The position numbers and the translations under genes are program-made. Below, in pieces: positions 21,599 through 32,278 of a stretch of 64,000 bases of DNA. Within the stretch, counting starts at the first letter, position 1. The number at the start of each line of letters is the position of its first letter. The notes below the pieces were generated by a model. That model was not told the DNA's origin. It did no database searches and saw only the letters and a program-made list of their open reading frames with translations. Source of the DNA: a virus; IMG/VR virus record IMGVR_UViG_3300027816_000055; one strand, given 5' to 3'.

Positions 21599-22208
21599 GA
21601 TTATTTTGAATCACTGTATCAGAATGATTTGCTTCGATCAAGTTTTTATCTTCAGAAAGTTTTTTCCATGGATTTGCTTCTATCGCCACAGCCAATTTCA
21701 TCAATTTGATCATGTCAAATTCAGATTCTGTGGAGTTATTGCCTTTATTTTGTTCACTATTCATATTGGGAACTTCCAGTGCAGGTTCTTGTGCCGACTG
21801 TGGTTTTGGTATAAACCCAATTGCGTTTCTTGAAATTATTGCTTGCATCAAATACATTGAATAATCATCAAAATTTTTTTGATAATATTCATATGCATCA
21901 ACAATATTATTATATTGCTCATCCGTTAATTTAATTCTCAATATATTTTTAGACTCGCCACAGCCAAATGACGGAGTTTGTAAAATCATGCAAATCAAAT
22001 TAGACAATAATTTTCTGTCATGTTGGTGTCTAATAATAAAATAACGATTATGAGATTCTTGCAATTCAACAAAATCAGCGTCTGAAAGATTGTATTTTTC
22101 ATATAATCTTTGAAGTTTGATCTTTGCAGACTCCGCTTCACCACCAACACCATGATCCGCTAATTTTTTTACCTTGCGTACTAATTCCAATATGGTTTTT
22201 TTATCCAT
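21552..22208 (-). CDS. DUF2786-like domain protein
   Basis: N-terminal KVKKLAD..GGEAESAK.KLQRLYEKYNL. Confidence 0.65.
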   Translation of the reverse strand: MDKKTILELVRKVKKLADHGVGGEAESAKIKLQRLYEKYNLSDADFVELQESHNRYFIIRHQHDRKLLSNLICMILQTPSFGCGESKNILRIKLTDEQYNNIVDAYEYYQKNFDDYSMYLMQAIISRNAIGFIPKPQSAQEPALEVPNMNSEQNKGNNSTESEFDMIKLMKLAVAIEANPWKKLSEDKNLIEANHSDTVIQNNHAKTRDNFGSTQQTV

Positions 22209-22209
22209 A

Positions 22210-22707
22210 TCAATACATAGAAGTTACTATTGCATCATACATATCAAAATTACGATCATCCCAATTACCATTTTTCTTTGTTTTGTCCCATTTTGCTAAT
22301 GGCATTTTGGCTTCAAGTTGCATTTTGACAAAATCTTTTGACTTTATTCCTTTAATACGACATTTTCCAAACGCCTTTTTACGCATTGTATTGACACTAA
22401 CTAAATTAACAGGTATTTTCCAATATTCACTTATAATATATTCAAATAATGCATTGAATCTAGCAAGTTTAATAATAACTTGTTGGCTTGTGAATCCACC
22501 TGCAAATCCACTCAAAGCAGCTTCTAGATTGATTTTGTCTACTTTGTTTATAAGCGGATGTTTTTTCAGTGTGTCGATAACCAAAAATGCCTTTTCTTTG
22601 TTGGTGGATAATTTACTTATGTCAATAAATCCACAATCTTGTACTGCATTTTGGTCAAAAAAAGACCACCCTACGGTGGTCGTGCTTGCATCAAATCCTA
22701 ATGTCAT
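22210..22707 (-). CDS. RuvC-like Holliday junction resolvase
   Basis: LGFDASTTTVGW, LE, DMYDAI. Start moved to MTLG, after a CTATTTAT motif. Confidence 0.8.
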   Translation of the reverse strand: MTLGFDASTTTVGWSFFDQNAVQDCGFIDISKLSTNKEKAFLVIDTLKKHPLINKVDKINLEAALSGFAGGFTSQQVIIKLARFNALFEYIISEYWKIPVNLVSVNTMRKKAFGKCRIKGIKSKDFVKMQLEAKMPLAKWDKTKKNGNWDDRNFDMYDAIVTSMY

Positions 22708-22729
22708 ATAACCATAAATAGTATAAAAC

Positions 22730-23026
22730 TTATGGTTTATATTTTTTATTTGATAATCCTTGAGTATATTGAGATAATTGCTTAGAAGTACTGTTTCTGC
22801 GATCTGGTACATCAGCCAAGCTTGATAAGCCGGTAGGCATTTTTACTCTAAATCCACCTTTATCAATACTATATTTCTGACCTTGAATAGACGGTTCAAC
22901 TGACGGTGCCACAGTATCCTCCGCCGTTACAATATTTTTTGCATCAAACGCTCCTCCAGCTTTTTGCTTATTGTATCTACTTTCTAAATCAGTGATTAAA
23001 GAATCTCTATTGATTGGGTTGGGCAT
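22730..23026 (-). CDS. Hypothetical protein
   Basis: 98-aa ORF preceded by ATATTTAT. Confidence 0.65.
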   Translation of the reverse strand: MPNPINRDSLITDLESRYNKQKAGGAFDAKNIVTAEDTVAPSVEPSIQGQKYSIDKGGFRVKMPTGLSSLADVPDRRNSTSKQLSQYTQGLSNKKYKP

Positions 23027-23053
23027 ATTTTATCTTTCTTTTTATAAATATTG

Positions 23054-23938
23054 TTAAATATCCCATTTAACCAAAATATTTAGTGGTAATTCACCACTAT
23101 TTTTAATTGGCATTCCTAATTTTGCTACACCTACCAATTCCGCTCCGCTATACAAACCAATCGTGGTAATAAATGGAGCCAAATAAGAACCAGTTTTATC
23201 TAGCGAAGAACTATAATCAAAATTAAAAAATTCAGTATTAATCTTACCATGACCATACTTTCCGGTTTTTTCGTCCAAGTATCTTACGATTGATTCTGTG
23301 CTTTTACGAATTGATCGAATGTCGGCATATTTAAAAATTACATCTTTTGTCAATGTATTTGTAAAGTATTTAAACATTAAATATGCATCCGTGATTTGAA
23401 TTTTACTGTTTCCATCAACATCGAAACTGTTGTATATAGATTCTAAATAATTAATATAAGGAACATGATATGAAGAATCTTTACTTTGTAAATTATATTT
23501 TTCTGAGTAATATGTGTACCAATCAATGTCATCATCTGTGAAAAAGTTAGACAAATAATTATACCATTGGTAATCATTATTTACTTTTAAACTAATATAT
23601 CTTAAAATTAAATCTAAATCAACATATGTAAAATAATTATTTTTATCAATATCAAATTCAAATACATTTGGAATCAATGCACTTGGATTTGTACTGTAAT
23701 TGAATTCACCCGGTTCTATTCTGCACAGTACTTGTTTTTCATATAATGTCTGCTGACTTTTATACGTAATATTGTATTTTGGTAATGTTAAATTAGATCT
23801 ATCTTTCAATAATTCATCAAATACAGAACCGCTGTTTGAAAAAATAATTTTTCCATTACGATAAAAAACATTTCCAACAACATGATCATTGACCAAATTA
23901 TTTAAATCGTAAATATATGCAGATCCACTTGTTATCAT
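23054..23938 (-). CDS. Baseplate/tail-collar-like protein with two dockerin/EF-hand-like repeats
   Basis: FDIDKNN..TYVDLDLILRY and FDVDGNSKIQITDAYLMFKY; C-terminal ITTIGLY..ELVGVAKL. Confidence 0.65.
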   Translation of the reverse strand: MITSGSAYIYDLNNLVNDHVVGNVFYRNGKIIFSNSGSVFDELLKDRSNLTLPKYNITYKSQQTLYEKQVLCRIEPGEFNYSTNPSALIPNVFEFDIDKNNYFTYVDLDLILRYISLKVNNDYQWYNYLSNFFTDDDIDWYTYYSEKYNLQSKDSSYHVPYINYLESIYNSFDVDGNSKIQITDAYLMFKYFTNTLTKDVIFKYADIRSIRKSTESIVRYLDEKTGKYGHGKINTEFFNFDYSSSLDKTGSYLAPFITTIGLYSGAELVGVAKLGMPIKNSGELPLNILVKWDI

Positions 23939-23941
23939 AAT

Positions 23942-25351
23942 TTAAGCTTTTTCAATTACAGGAGATCCTATAATTATTGAAGTGTCATATAACGCAGCAT
24001 CATATCCATAAACACTATATGATTCTCCGTATATTTTGTTTTTTGTTAAAGTTGTAATTGGATTCCAGAACGATTCAGTTGTCTTTTGATAAACTACAAC
24101 CTGCCCTAAAATATTGTATTCATGATCATTCGGATTACAATCATATTTTTTATATAATGTATTTTCAACATACGATTGCGAAAATGGCCAGTTTGTTTTT
24201 AATGAAGTTATTACAGAAGATGTGTTATACATTTCTACATCCCATCCAAAGTAGTTGGTTTTTAATAACTCATCCGTTCCATATTCTTTTTGAATTAAAC
24301 TCCAATAAATTCCTGTGTCAGTACAGTCTTCATAAAAATAAACTGCACCTCGTTGATGAAATATGTCAGATCCGTCGTATTGAAAATAATTTATATCAGT
24401 TGGAGATCCAACCATGATTGATTTTCCATAGATTGCGACCGAACGACCGTAACTAGATGAATTGGCTGATGACGTAACATACGGCGGCCAATTATTGTTA
24501 ATCGTTTGCAGCGATTGTGTTAATTCTAGTGATCTATTTTCTGATAATATAGCTCCTTCCTTCCAATATCCGCTTGAAGAATTATAATTGAAAATATAAA
24601 CATTTCCAGTCAGTGGTGATTTATTACCAACAATAATGTTATACGATCCACTTTGATCTATTTTTACCACACTTCCAAATTTACTATTATTAGTAGTATT
24701 ACTTCCAGTTAACGTTTGATAATACGTCCATGTGCCAGAGATATTTTTATATAAATACACAGCACCTTGGCTTGCAGAAATATTACTTGCACCTATTGCT
24801 AATATATCATTATATAATGACACAGATTCACCAAATGATGTATTAACGTCATATGAAGATTCAAATGTATTAATAATGGTTGTAACAAAACTTGCAGTTT
24901 GTGTAATTGAACCAGATAAAGAAAAAATATCAACACTAGAACCAGTTAAAGTTGTTGTCGCATTGTCTGATACTTTATAATAGAATAGAGAATCACCAAT
25001 TGCTAACGTAGTATTGTATAACGCTACGGATTGTCCAAATCTACTTGCGGTAAAGACTAAATAATCATATTCATACAAAAATTGAGAGCTTGTAACTACA
25101 TTTGATCCCGTGTCTGTTGCCAAAATTTCCGGGGTTTCTGATGCCAAATAGATATCAGGAGTCCATACTTTTTTAATAGTATCTTTATGCTTATATGAAT
25201 CTGAAATATTATTATACTGAAGTACTTCAACGCTGCCTGTCGCAAATACAGATGATGAATATGCAAATATTGACGGATTCGCAATAGCAACATATGTTTT
25301 ATTGGTCGCTACTGAGTATCCATAATTTGCATTATCAATATTAAAACTCAT
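23942..25351 (-). CDS. FG-GAP repeat beta-propeller protein
   Basis: Repeats YGYSVA, FGQSVAL, FGESVSL, FGSVVKI, YGRSVAI, FGWDVEM, YGYDAAL. Confidence 0.8.
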   Translation of the reverse strand: MSFNIDNANYGYSVATNKTYVAIANPSIFAYSSSVFATGSVEVLQYNNISDSYKHKDTIKKVWTPDIYLASETPEILATDTGSNVVTSSQFLYEYDYLVFTASRFGQSVALYNTTLAIGDSLFYYKVSDNATTTLTGSSVDIFSLSGSITQTASFVTTIINTFESSYDVNTSFGESVSLYNDILAIGASNISASQGAVYLYKNISGTWTYYQTLTGSNTTNNSKFGSVVKIDQSGSYNIIVGNKSPLTGNVYIFNYNSSSGYWKEGAILSENRSLELTQSLQTINNNWPPYVTSSANSSSYGRSVAIYGKSIMVGSPTDINYFQYDGSDIFHQRGAVYFYEDCTDTGIYWSLIQKEYGTDELLKTNYFGWDVEMYNTSSVITSLKTNWPFSQSYVENTLYKKYDCNPNDHEYNILGQVVVYQKTTESFWNPITTLTKNKIYGESYSVYGYDAALYDTSIIIGSPVIEKA

Positions 25352-25977
25352 AGGGTAGATTCGAATGTAACTTTTTGAAATGTAGAAAAATAAATACCAT
25401 CTAAAATTAAATTAGTATTACCATCATCGATTATAGTGTAATCAATTTCTCCAAGATTGTCCTGAATTAACACTGAATTTGGTATAATTTTTTCACCAAA
25501 TTGATTTTTAGATAACGTAAACACATCTACCGTATCAGTCAATAAACGGTAATTTGAATTTAAATTAATATTTTCTAATCCCCATATTTGAGTAGGATTA
25601 TCATATGTGTTATAAAATAATTGTTTATTTACAGCGTATACAACACTCATGAAAGTGCCGTCTGAATTGACTGGCTGTGAACCTGAATTATAATAAGGAC
25701 TAGTAATTGGAAAATAAGTTCCACTTCCACTTATGCCACGTTGATATTTTAGAGTTAATTGTGAATCTTGTTGTTGCAATGCTAAATTACAATAACTATT
25801 TGTTATTGGAGCAGACAGTCCATCTTGATAGTCGATATAAATATGAGATATCGATCCAGATTCTGAGCCAGACATCCACAAAATAAGATCTTCATCTTCT
25901 ATATTTTGTAAGTTCCATGTTTTGGCTGCAATAAATGGAGTGACTTGAATATCATCTCTATTTAAACTTTTAATCAT
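25348..25977 (-). CDS. Baseplate-region structural protein
   Basis: Operon position; shares an IIPNSVLIQD...IIDDGNTNL segment type with its neighbours. Confidence 0.6.
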   Translation of the reverse strand: MIKSLNRDDIQVTPFIAAKTWNLQNIEDEDLILWMSGSESGSISHIYIDYQDGLSAPITNSYCNLALQQQDSQLTLKYQRGISGSGTYFPITSPYYNSGSQPVNSDGTFMSVVYAVNKQLFYNTYDNPTQIWGLENINLNSNYRLLTDTVDVFTLSKNQFGEKIIPNSVLIQDNLGEIDYTIIDDGNTNLILDGIYFSTFQKVTFESTL

Positions 25978-25978
25978 G

Positions 25979-27073
25979 TTAGAAATCTAGTCTTACACGT
26001 ACTAATAATTCGCTGTCAAAGCTCTTTTGAACTGGTTGACTTAGTTTTGCAACAGCTACCAATTCGTTAGATGAATCATATAATCCAATAGTTGTTGGAT
26101 ATGCCTTTGGATCAGTTAAAAATTCAGTAATTTTAATTGTTCCTTTAGTATTACCATCGGTTCCGTCACTAACATAAGTTGGATTGTTACTATAATTAAA
26201 GTCTTGATTTTTTACACGAACGAAATACTGTCTAGATGGTAAAAATTCAGATTTACGAACCTTCATTACAGAAGTTTGAGCTTTAACTAAAGCACCATAC
26301 AAATATTGTTGATTTATTTTATAGTTTCCTGTATTTGACTCGTTTACCGTAATACCCACTTGATTTTTGATTGCATCCGCATTCAACACAATCACGCCTG
26401 TTTTTGGATAAAACAAACCAATCGATTGATATGCTACTACATTGCCGGTTTTATATGGATTAGGAACACCATCAACAACGCTTCCACTGATGATATTGTA
26501 TACGTCTTGTTGAGTTTTAATTACCGATGAATCATCGATAAATGTTAATTTATCGACACTTCCACTCAAAGTAAATTCAAGTTGTCCTTCATCAACACGA
26601 TCTTTGTAACGTGTTGTAGAAAAGCTAATAACAAAAATTGATGATCCTGTGACTACGGTGGTGGCATCAATTGGTGCATTACCAGTTGTATAACTGCCTG
26701 TTTTAAAACTAAAATATTGATCATCAGGATTTAACAAATAATTTTTGTATTGTGAGTATATCGCTTTGGTTGGATTTGCTAAACTACTTGTGTTCGCATC
26801 ACCAGATCCAGAATTGTTATAATTACCATATGCAATAGAAAAATGAACTTGTGCATTGATATCTGTTGTTGGATTAGCGTTGTATACATCAAAATAATAC
26901 AATCCACTCTTTACATCAGTGGCTCCATTAGATCCGGTTATTTGCGTTTGAGTAGAAGATGTAAACAACGCTGATTGTGAATGAGCATAGTTACCATCCA
27001 GCCAAAATCCAGATGAGACTCTGTTTGTTCTTCCCAAAACAATATCGGTGTCAGAAAATTGATTAAATATCAT
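25979..27073 (-). CDS. Baseplate/tail-collar-like protein
   Basis: C-terminal YPTTIGLYDSSNELVAVAKLSQP, paralogous to 23054-23938. Confidence 0.65.
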   Translation of the reverse strand: MIFNQFSDTDIVLGRTNRVSSGFWLDGNYAHSQSALFTSSTQTQITGSNGATDVKSGLYYFDVYNANPTTDINAQVHFSIAYGNYNNSGSGDANTSSLANPTKAIYSQYKNYLLNPDDQYFSFKTGSYTTGNAPIDATTVVTGSSIFVISFSTTRYKDRVDEGQLEFTLSGSVDKLTFIDDSSVIKTQQDVYNIISGSVVDGVPNPYKTGNVVAYQSIGLFYPKTGVIVLNADAIKNQVGITVNESNTGNYKINQQYLYGALVKAQTSVMKVRKSEFLPSRQYFVRVKNQDFNYSNNPTYVSDGTDGNTKGTIKITEFLTDPKAYPTTIGLYDSSNELVAVAKLSQPVQKSFDSELLVRVRLDF

Positions 27074-27080
27074 AATATTA

Positions 27081-27710
27081 TTATACGGTTACTTTTACTG
27101 GAATAGTAAGACTGCCACCACTTTCATTACCAATAATTGTAATGGTCGATGTAGTAGTTACAGTTAAAGCTGAATTTGGCACAAATTTAAATTGTATACC
27201 AATAACAACTTGAGAGCTTTCTGTTACGGCATCACCAGCAAAACTCGGAATTGTACTAGATACACTATTTAAACTATTTACTTGGGTTACAATTAAAGTT
27301 CCGATATTTTTATTACCCAAAATTGCAGTATATCCTAGTGTTGTATTGTAAGTAGGATTTGTGCTTGGTGAGATGATAACATCGGCTGCATATGCCCGTG
27401 GAATATCAATAGAGGATTGTGCAACACTAATAACAGGAATCGCAGTGACACCTGCTGGTAATGTGACTAGTTTATATTTCATTAATTGCGATTCGTCGCT
27501 AAATGGTTCCAAAACAGGAGTATTTCGTAATGCCAAATCATAATAAGCACTACCAAGTGGATGATTTGATTGATAAAGATTATAATCAATTTCATCATCG
27601 GCCAAAGCAAATGAAGTTATGTTCAAATTACCATTTTTTGCAAGCAACTCTCGTCCTTTTTTTGTCAAGGTTGCAGTTACGGTTAATGTATTGTTATCTA
27701 AATATGCCAT
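27081..27710 (-). CDS. Baseplate/tail-collar-like protein
   Basis: ATLTKKGRELLA..ITSFALADDEIDY, resembling the DUF3751 N-terminus. Confidence 0.6.
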   Translation of the reverse strand: MAYLDNNTLTVTATLTKKGRELLAKNGNLNITSFALADDEIDYNLYQSNHPLGSAYYDLALRNTPVLEPFSDESQLMKYKLVTLPAGVTAIPVISVAQSSIDIPRAYAADVIISPSTNPTYNTTLGYTAILGNKNIGTLIVTQVNSLNSVSSTIPSFAGDAVTESSQVVIGIQFKFVPNSALTVTTTSTITIIGNESGGSLTIPVKVTV

Positions 27711-27754
27711 ATTACTTATAAGTATGTTTGTTCTGCACTATTTTCATTTAAATA

Positions 27755-30700
27755 TTAACTAGTTGTCAAAGAAATTTGATTTATATCTCTATTTACACTA
27801 GAAATCTCCACGGGCAAACTACCATCTGGAATGCCGAGATCATTGACGGTTGTATATATAGTTTGTTGTGATTTGATAAACAGTGACGAACTTATTGATT
27901 TATTTTCCAATTTAATTACACTAAAACTAGTCAATGGACGATTCAATGTTGACAAATGACCTTTTGGATAGGAGACAGTGTCTATTGAATCCGCACTTGC
28001 AGTTTCACTTCCGCTCAAATTAAAATTGTATGTTAGAAATTCTTTGCTTGAACTGACATCATTTATAATCAACAATTGATTATTTGTAGACTTATATGTT
28101 CTGTAATTTTGCAAGGATCCAGTACGATCTCTATCTATATAATTACCATTGATTACAAACACGCTACGACGCTTTAATACGTCTGCATCTGAAATATAAT
28201 TACTAATATAGTTATTTAAATGTCCCGTTGTTTCATGTCCGTTTTTAGCAATATTTGATGAAATTTCGGAAGGTAACATCGAAATATTAGATCCGGATAC
28301 ATTGTATGCTTTGTTATATGCAGTTACATTAAAATCATTTATTACACCGCTATCAATTGGTCTATGTTGATATTTGCTACGCTCCAGAATACTTGGCTCA
28401 ATTAAAATACCATCAATAACTTTTGCTCTTGCCGGAAACAATTGTTTTGCGGTTGTAAAGAAAGAACCATCAAAATAATTTTTGTAAAGTGTCAAAAATT
28501 CTTGATACAATACCTTTTCAGCAAGATTATTCGTATTGTATTGATTACGCAAAATACGCAACGAATCATATTGATCTGTGTATAATTCAACAGGACTTCC
28601 AATTTGATTCATCAGATCATAATTACCCAAAAAGTTTGTGATGTCATCATCTCTAACTTTAAACGGAGCAATATACACTCCTATTAAATTAGAATCTTGT
28701 GTTACGGTGTTTGATACAACGCTACGTTCATTTGGCATCAACCGTGCAACTACATTTTCAGTTACCTTATTGATTTTTAAATTTTTATATTTGTTTGGAC
28801 CTGCGTTATCAAGTTTTATATTCTGACGAGTATTGATTTCATCAAATTGATAAGGAAATACTGAAGTTGAAATTTCAGAACAATTTACAGTTGTTGTAGT
28901 CGTTTGTAAAAAGTTATAAACAGATGACGTTACAGTGCTATAATATTTATTTGCATTACTTAATTTATATATTCCAGAAGAGGTATATAAATTCACTGGA
29001 TAATCAATACTGTATCTATAATATAAATCACTATATGTTGCGGATGCGCTGTAGTTATTATATGCGTCAAAATTTCTTGCATGATCTAAAAATGACTCGT
29101 CTGTTAATTCAGAAGACCATACATTAATTTTATCAATATTACCGTGAAAATTGTTTGATGCAGTGTAATTACCAACGTATATTGTGCTGCTTGAATAGAA
29201 CAAATCTGCAAACGTAGATGCTATAACCAATGATTTAGTTCTGTCAAATATTAATCGATCATCCTCTACTGACACAACTCTAAATTCTAAATATGATGGA
29301 TTTCCCACACCGACATCAAATTGATCTGATGCAGATTTTACTTTCAAAAGAACGCTATATATTTTTCCATTAAAAATAGGAATATCATCAATCACTAAAT
29401 CAGTATTTTGAAATGATGCAATAATTTTTCCACACTTATCTTTTACATCTTTAACTATACGAATATTCCAATCATTGTTATAATTTGTCATTAAATACAC
29501 AGGAATATTCTGTGTGAAAGAATATTCTGGATCTACTCTAAATTTAAATTCGATTGTTTTTAAAGTTGCTGGCACTGGAACCAATACCGATTCATTATTT
29601 CCTTTATATTTAGTAAAATAATATTTTTGATCAAACACATAAGAAGATTCATCTTCTTGTGAAACATTATTGCCTCCAAACTCTTTAATATTAAGTAAAC
29701 TATGTGGTATACCATAAATGTTTGCAAGCAAACGCACACATTCTTCAGTTCCTTTTGTTTTGTATAATATAGGAAGATTGTGTAAAATACGATTCCAAAT
29801 TGTTTTTAACTTTTCATCGTCTGATACACTATTGCTACCAGTCAGATAGGTATTTGCAATTGTAGAACTATCAAATGAACTGATTGGCTTCCAACCAAAT
29901 TGCTCAAGTAAAGTATTAGCAAATGAAGAAAGATATGAAGACGAAACATTTGTCAAAACAGAATCATCTGTTGGAAATTCTACATTATCAACATATTGTA
30001 ATGTCGGAAATTTTTTGTAATATAAATAGATATTATCAAAATGATGTCCGATCATCGACAAAAAGATTAAATAATCTGAATTATCACTGTCAACTACAAC
30101 ATATTCAGGTGTGTTGTTAATTAAACTATCAGAATTATTTTTATCATATTCAATAGCCTCATTAATATATGTTTTCAACGCATCACCTGCAAGACTTGCA
30201 GACGGCAATGAATTTAAATAAACATCATAACCATCAAATCCATTATAAATTGTATCAATTTGACCCTGTGTAATATTATAATCCACCGAATACGAACTAC
30301 TAATTGCTACTGACGCACTAACTGATGCACTGGCATACTGTGTTAGTTTGTTTTTCAATGTATTTATCTTCGACAATTTATTCAAAAACAAATTTATTCT
30401 CAATTCTGCTGATGAAAACAAAATAAATTCAGAAAAATCACTATAATTAATATTTAATTCAGTTAATTTTTTATAAAATTGTATTTGTGTTGTTTGAGTG
30501 GTGGATAGTTTTAAATCATTACTTGATTGATAATCAACCGGTTTTGATTTGTAATCATCAACTTTAACTTTAAAATTTGGTCCTGCAATTTTGAAACGTC
30601 GTTTTACAACAGGAGCATTTAAAATTAATTTTTGTATCATTGGCTGCAATGATATATTGCTAATCCAACAAAGATCTCGCAGACCGATTGACTTTGGCAA

Positions 30701-31840
30701 ATAGTCTAATAACTTTACTATAATATTAATCGTTCCGTTTTCAACATATCCGTCATAATTTAAAATTGGCAAAAAATTATTATTACCAAAATTTAAAGTA
30801 TTTTGTAAATAACTAAAATATTTGTTTTGATAATCAATATTAATCTGATTAATTACATTTTTTATGAAATTATCATAAAAAATATTAGTAATGAAATTGG
30901 TAATTAATGCTTGATTAACTACGTTGGTTCCAAAAAATGTATTTACTTTACGCAAACGGATTTCAGTTGCTTTATTAATAATATACTGAAATTTTGTTTG
31001 TAATTGTGCCGCCGATTCTACATTTTTATAATATGTATACAACCAATTTTTTAAATATCCAACAATACCATCAAATACATCATATATAATCTGATTATCA
31101 TTGCCTTGAATTGGTTTTGTAAAACCAATGTATGTTTCATTTAAAAAATTAATTACATCCAAATCTGTGCGAAAACCAAAAGTAGTTTTCATGATTTGAA
31201 ATGTTTGCTTGTTATTTTTTATTAATTCTTCTGATTGTGAATAAATTTGATATGAATCCAATTGTTGCACCAATACAGGAACGATATCACGAATTAAAAA
31301 TTTTTTTGTAGCGAATGCTTGTATTTCTAAATTTATTAATACTTGTAATTCATCGTTCGGATCGATTTTAAAAGATGGTATTAGTTGTAATTCTTTTCTT
31401 GAAACTGAAATATTTTTTATGATCAACGGATAAGTTGCATCACCGATGTTACGCACACTATTATATGAAACAACATGATTTCCGTTTACAATATTACTAG
31501 AACTCAAATGTGCGAGAGTATCAAATAAAATATTACGATCATATGAAACTATATATCCACTATTATATTGTTTATAATTATAAGTTAACACATTTTGATC
31601 TACGTCTTTATATGTTTTGCTAATAACATTATAAACCGGATTTACAGGAACATTTTTCAATAGTTGCAAATTTCCGTCTATATCATATACCGAAAACTCA
31701 ATAATATCTTGTTCAGATGTGCCGAAATATTTATCAATAACAGACCCTGATAAAACTGTGTCCAAATCTGATTGATCGTAAAACGATCCAGAATTTACAC
31801 TGTCAATGTTAGTTGATATTGTTTTGTATGGAAATGCCAT
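27755..31840 (-). CDS. Large baseplate wedge protein (P2 gpI/T4 gp7-like domain)
   Basis: IGHHFDNI...ILYKTKGTEECVRLLANIYG; lies next to the gp6-like gene. Confidence 0.65.
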   Translation of the reverse strand: MAFPYKTISTNIDSVNSGSFYDQSDLDTVLSGSVIDKYFGTSEQDIIEFSVYDIDGNLQLLKNVPVNPVYNVISKTYKDVDQNVLTYNYKQYNSGYIVSYDRNILFDTLAHLSSSNIVNGNHVVSYNSVRNIGDATYPLIIKNISVSRKELQLIPSFKIDPNDELQVLINLEIQAFATKKFLIRDIVPVLVQQLDSYQIYSQSEELIKNNKQTFQIMKTTFGFRTDLDVINFLNETYIGFTKPIQGNDNQIIYDVFDGIVGYLKNWLYTYYKNVESAAQLQTKFQYIINKATEIRLRKVNTFFGTNVVNQALITNFITNIFYDNFIKNVINQINIDYQNKYFSYLQNTLNFGNNNFLPILNYDGYVENGTINIIVKLLDYLPKSIGLRDLCWISNISLQPMIQKLILNAPVVKRRFKIAGPNFKVKVDDYKSKPVDYQSSNDLKLSTTQTTQIQFYKKLTELNINYSDFSEFILFSSAELRINLFLNKLSKINTLKNKLTQYASASVSASVAISSSYSVDYNITQGQIDTIYNGFDGYDVYLNSLPSASLAGDALKTYINEAIEYDKNNSDSLINNTPEYVVVDSDNSDYLIFLSMIGHHFDNIYLYYKKFPTLQYVDNVEFPTDDSVLTNVSSSYLSSFANTLLEQFGWKPISSFDSSTIANTYLTGSNSVSDDEKLKTIWNRILHNLPILYKTKGTEECVRLLANIYGIPHSLLNIKEFGGNNVSQEDESSYVFDQKYYFTKYKGNNESVLVPVPATLKTIEFKFRVDPEYSFTQNIPVYLMTNYNNDWNIRIVKDVKDKCGKIIASFQNTDLVIDDIPIFNGKIYSVLLKVKSASDQFDVGVGNPSYLEFRVVSVEDDRLIFDRTKSLVIASTFADLFYSSSTIYVGNYTASNNFHGNIDKINVWSSELTDESFLDHARNFDAYNNYSASATYSDLYYRYSIDYPVNLYTSSGIYKLSNANKYYSTVTSSVYNFLQTTTTTVNCSEISTSVFPYQFDEINTRQNIKLDNAGPNKYKNLKINKVTENVVARLMPNERSVVSNTVTQDSNLIGVYIAPFKVRDDDITNFLGNYDLMNQIGSPVELYTDQYDSLRILRNQYNTNNLAEKVLYQEFLTLYKNYFDGSFFTTAKQLFPARAKVIDGILIEPSILERSKYQHRPIDSGVINDFNVTAYNKAYNVSGSNISMLPSEISSNIAKNGHETTGHLNNYISNYISDADVLKRRSVFVINGNYIDRDRTGSLQNYRTYKSTNNQLLIINDVSSSKEFLTYNFNLSGSETASADSIDTVSYPKGHLSTLNRPLTSFSVIKLENKSISSSLFIKSQQTIYTTVNDLGIPDGSLPVEISSVNRDINQISLTTS

Positions 31841-31843
31841 AAA

Positions 31844-32278
31844 TTATTTTTTTAAATATGGAAAACTGTCAGAGAAATCATCTGCTGTTTTTCCTTCATT
31901 TAATTTGATACGTAAATTTATAATTACATCTTTAGATGCATCAATAACCGCACTGGCGCTATTTTGATTGTCAGCCGCAATAACAGCATTTAATTGGTTT
32001 CTTAAAGTTTCATTTTCTTGAATCAATTGATTTGTATTATTATCAATATTAACGACAGGTATTATAGTTGTGGGAATTGAAAATTCTTTTATTTCCACAT
32101 CATATAACATCTTAATTTGTTCATTATTATATAAATAATTTTGAAATGCAAATTCAATATATCGTTCATTAACATCAATCGGGTCTATAGATAAATTAAT
32201 ATTGCCAACATCATCTAAATTATTATTAAATGTGCCATCAACCAAAAATTGAGTTATTTCTTTGTCAAATGATTTCAT
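31844..32278 (-). CDS. Hypothetical protein in the baseplate operon
   Basis: 144-aa ORF, translationally coupled. Confidence 0.6.
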   Translation of the reverse strand: MKSFDKEITQFLVDGTFNNNLDDVGNINLSIDPIDVNERYIEFAFQNYLYNNEQIKMLYDVEIKEFSIPTTIIPVVNIDNNTNQLIQENETLRNQLNAVIAADNQNSASAVIDASKDVIINLRIKLNEGKTADDFSDSFPYLKK

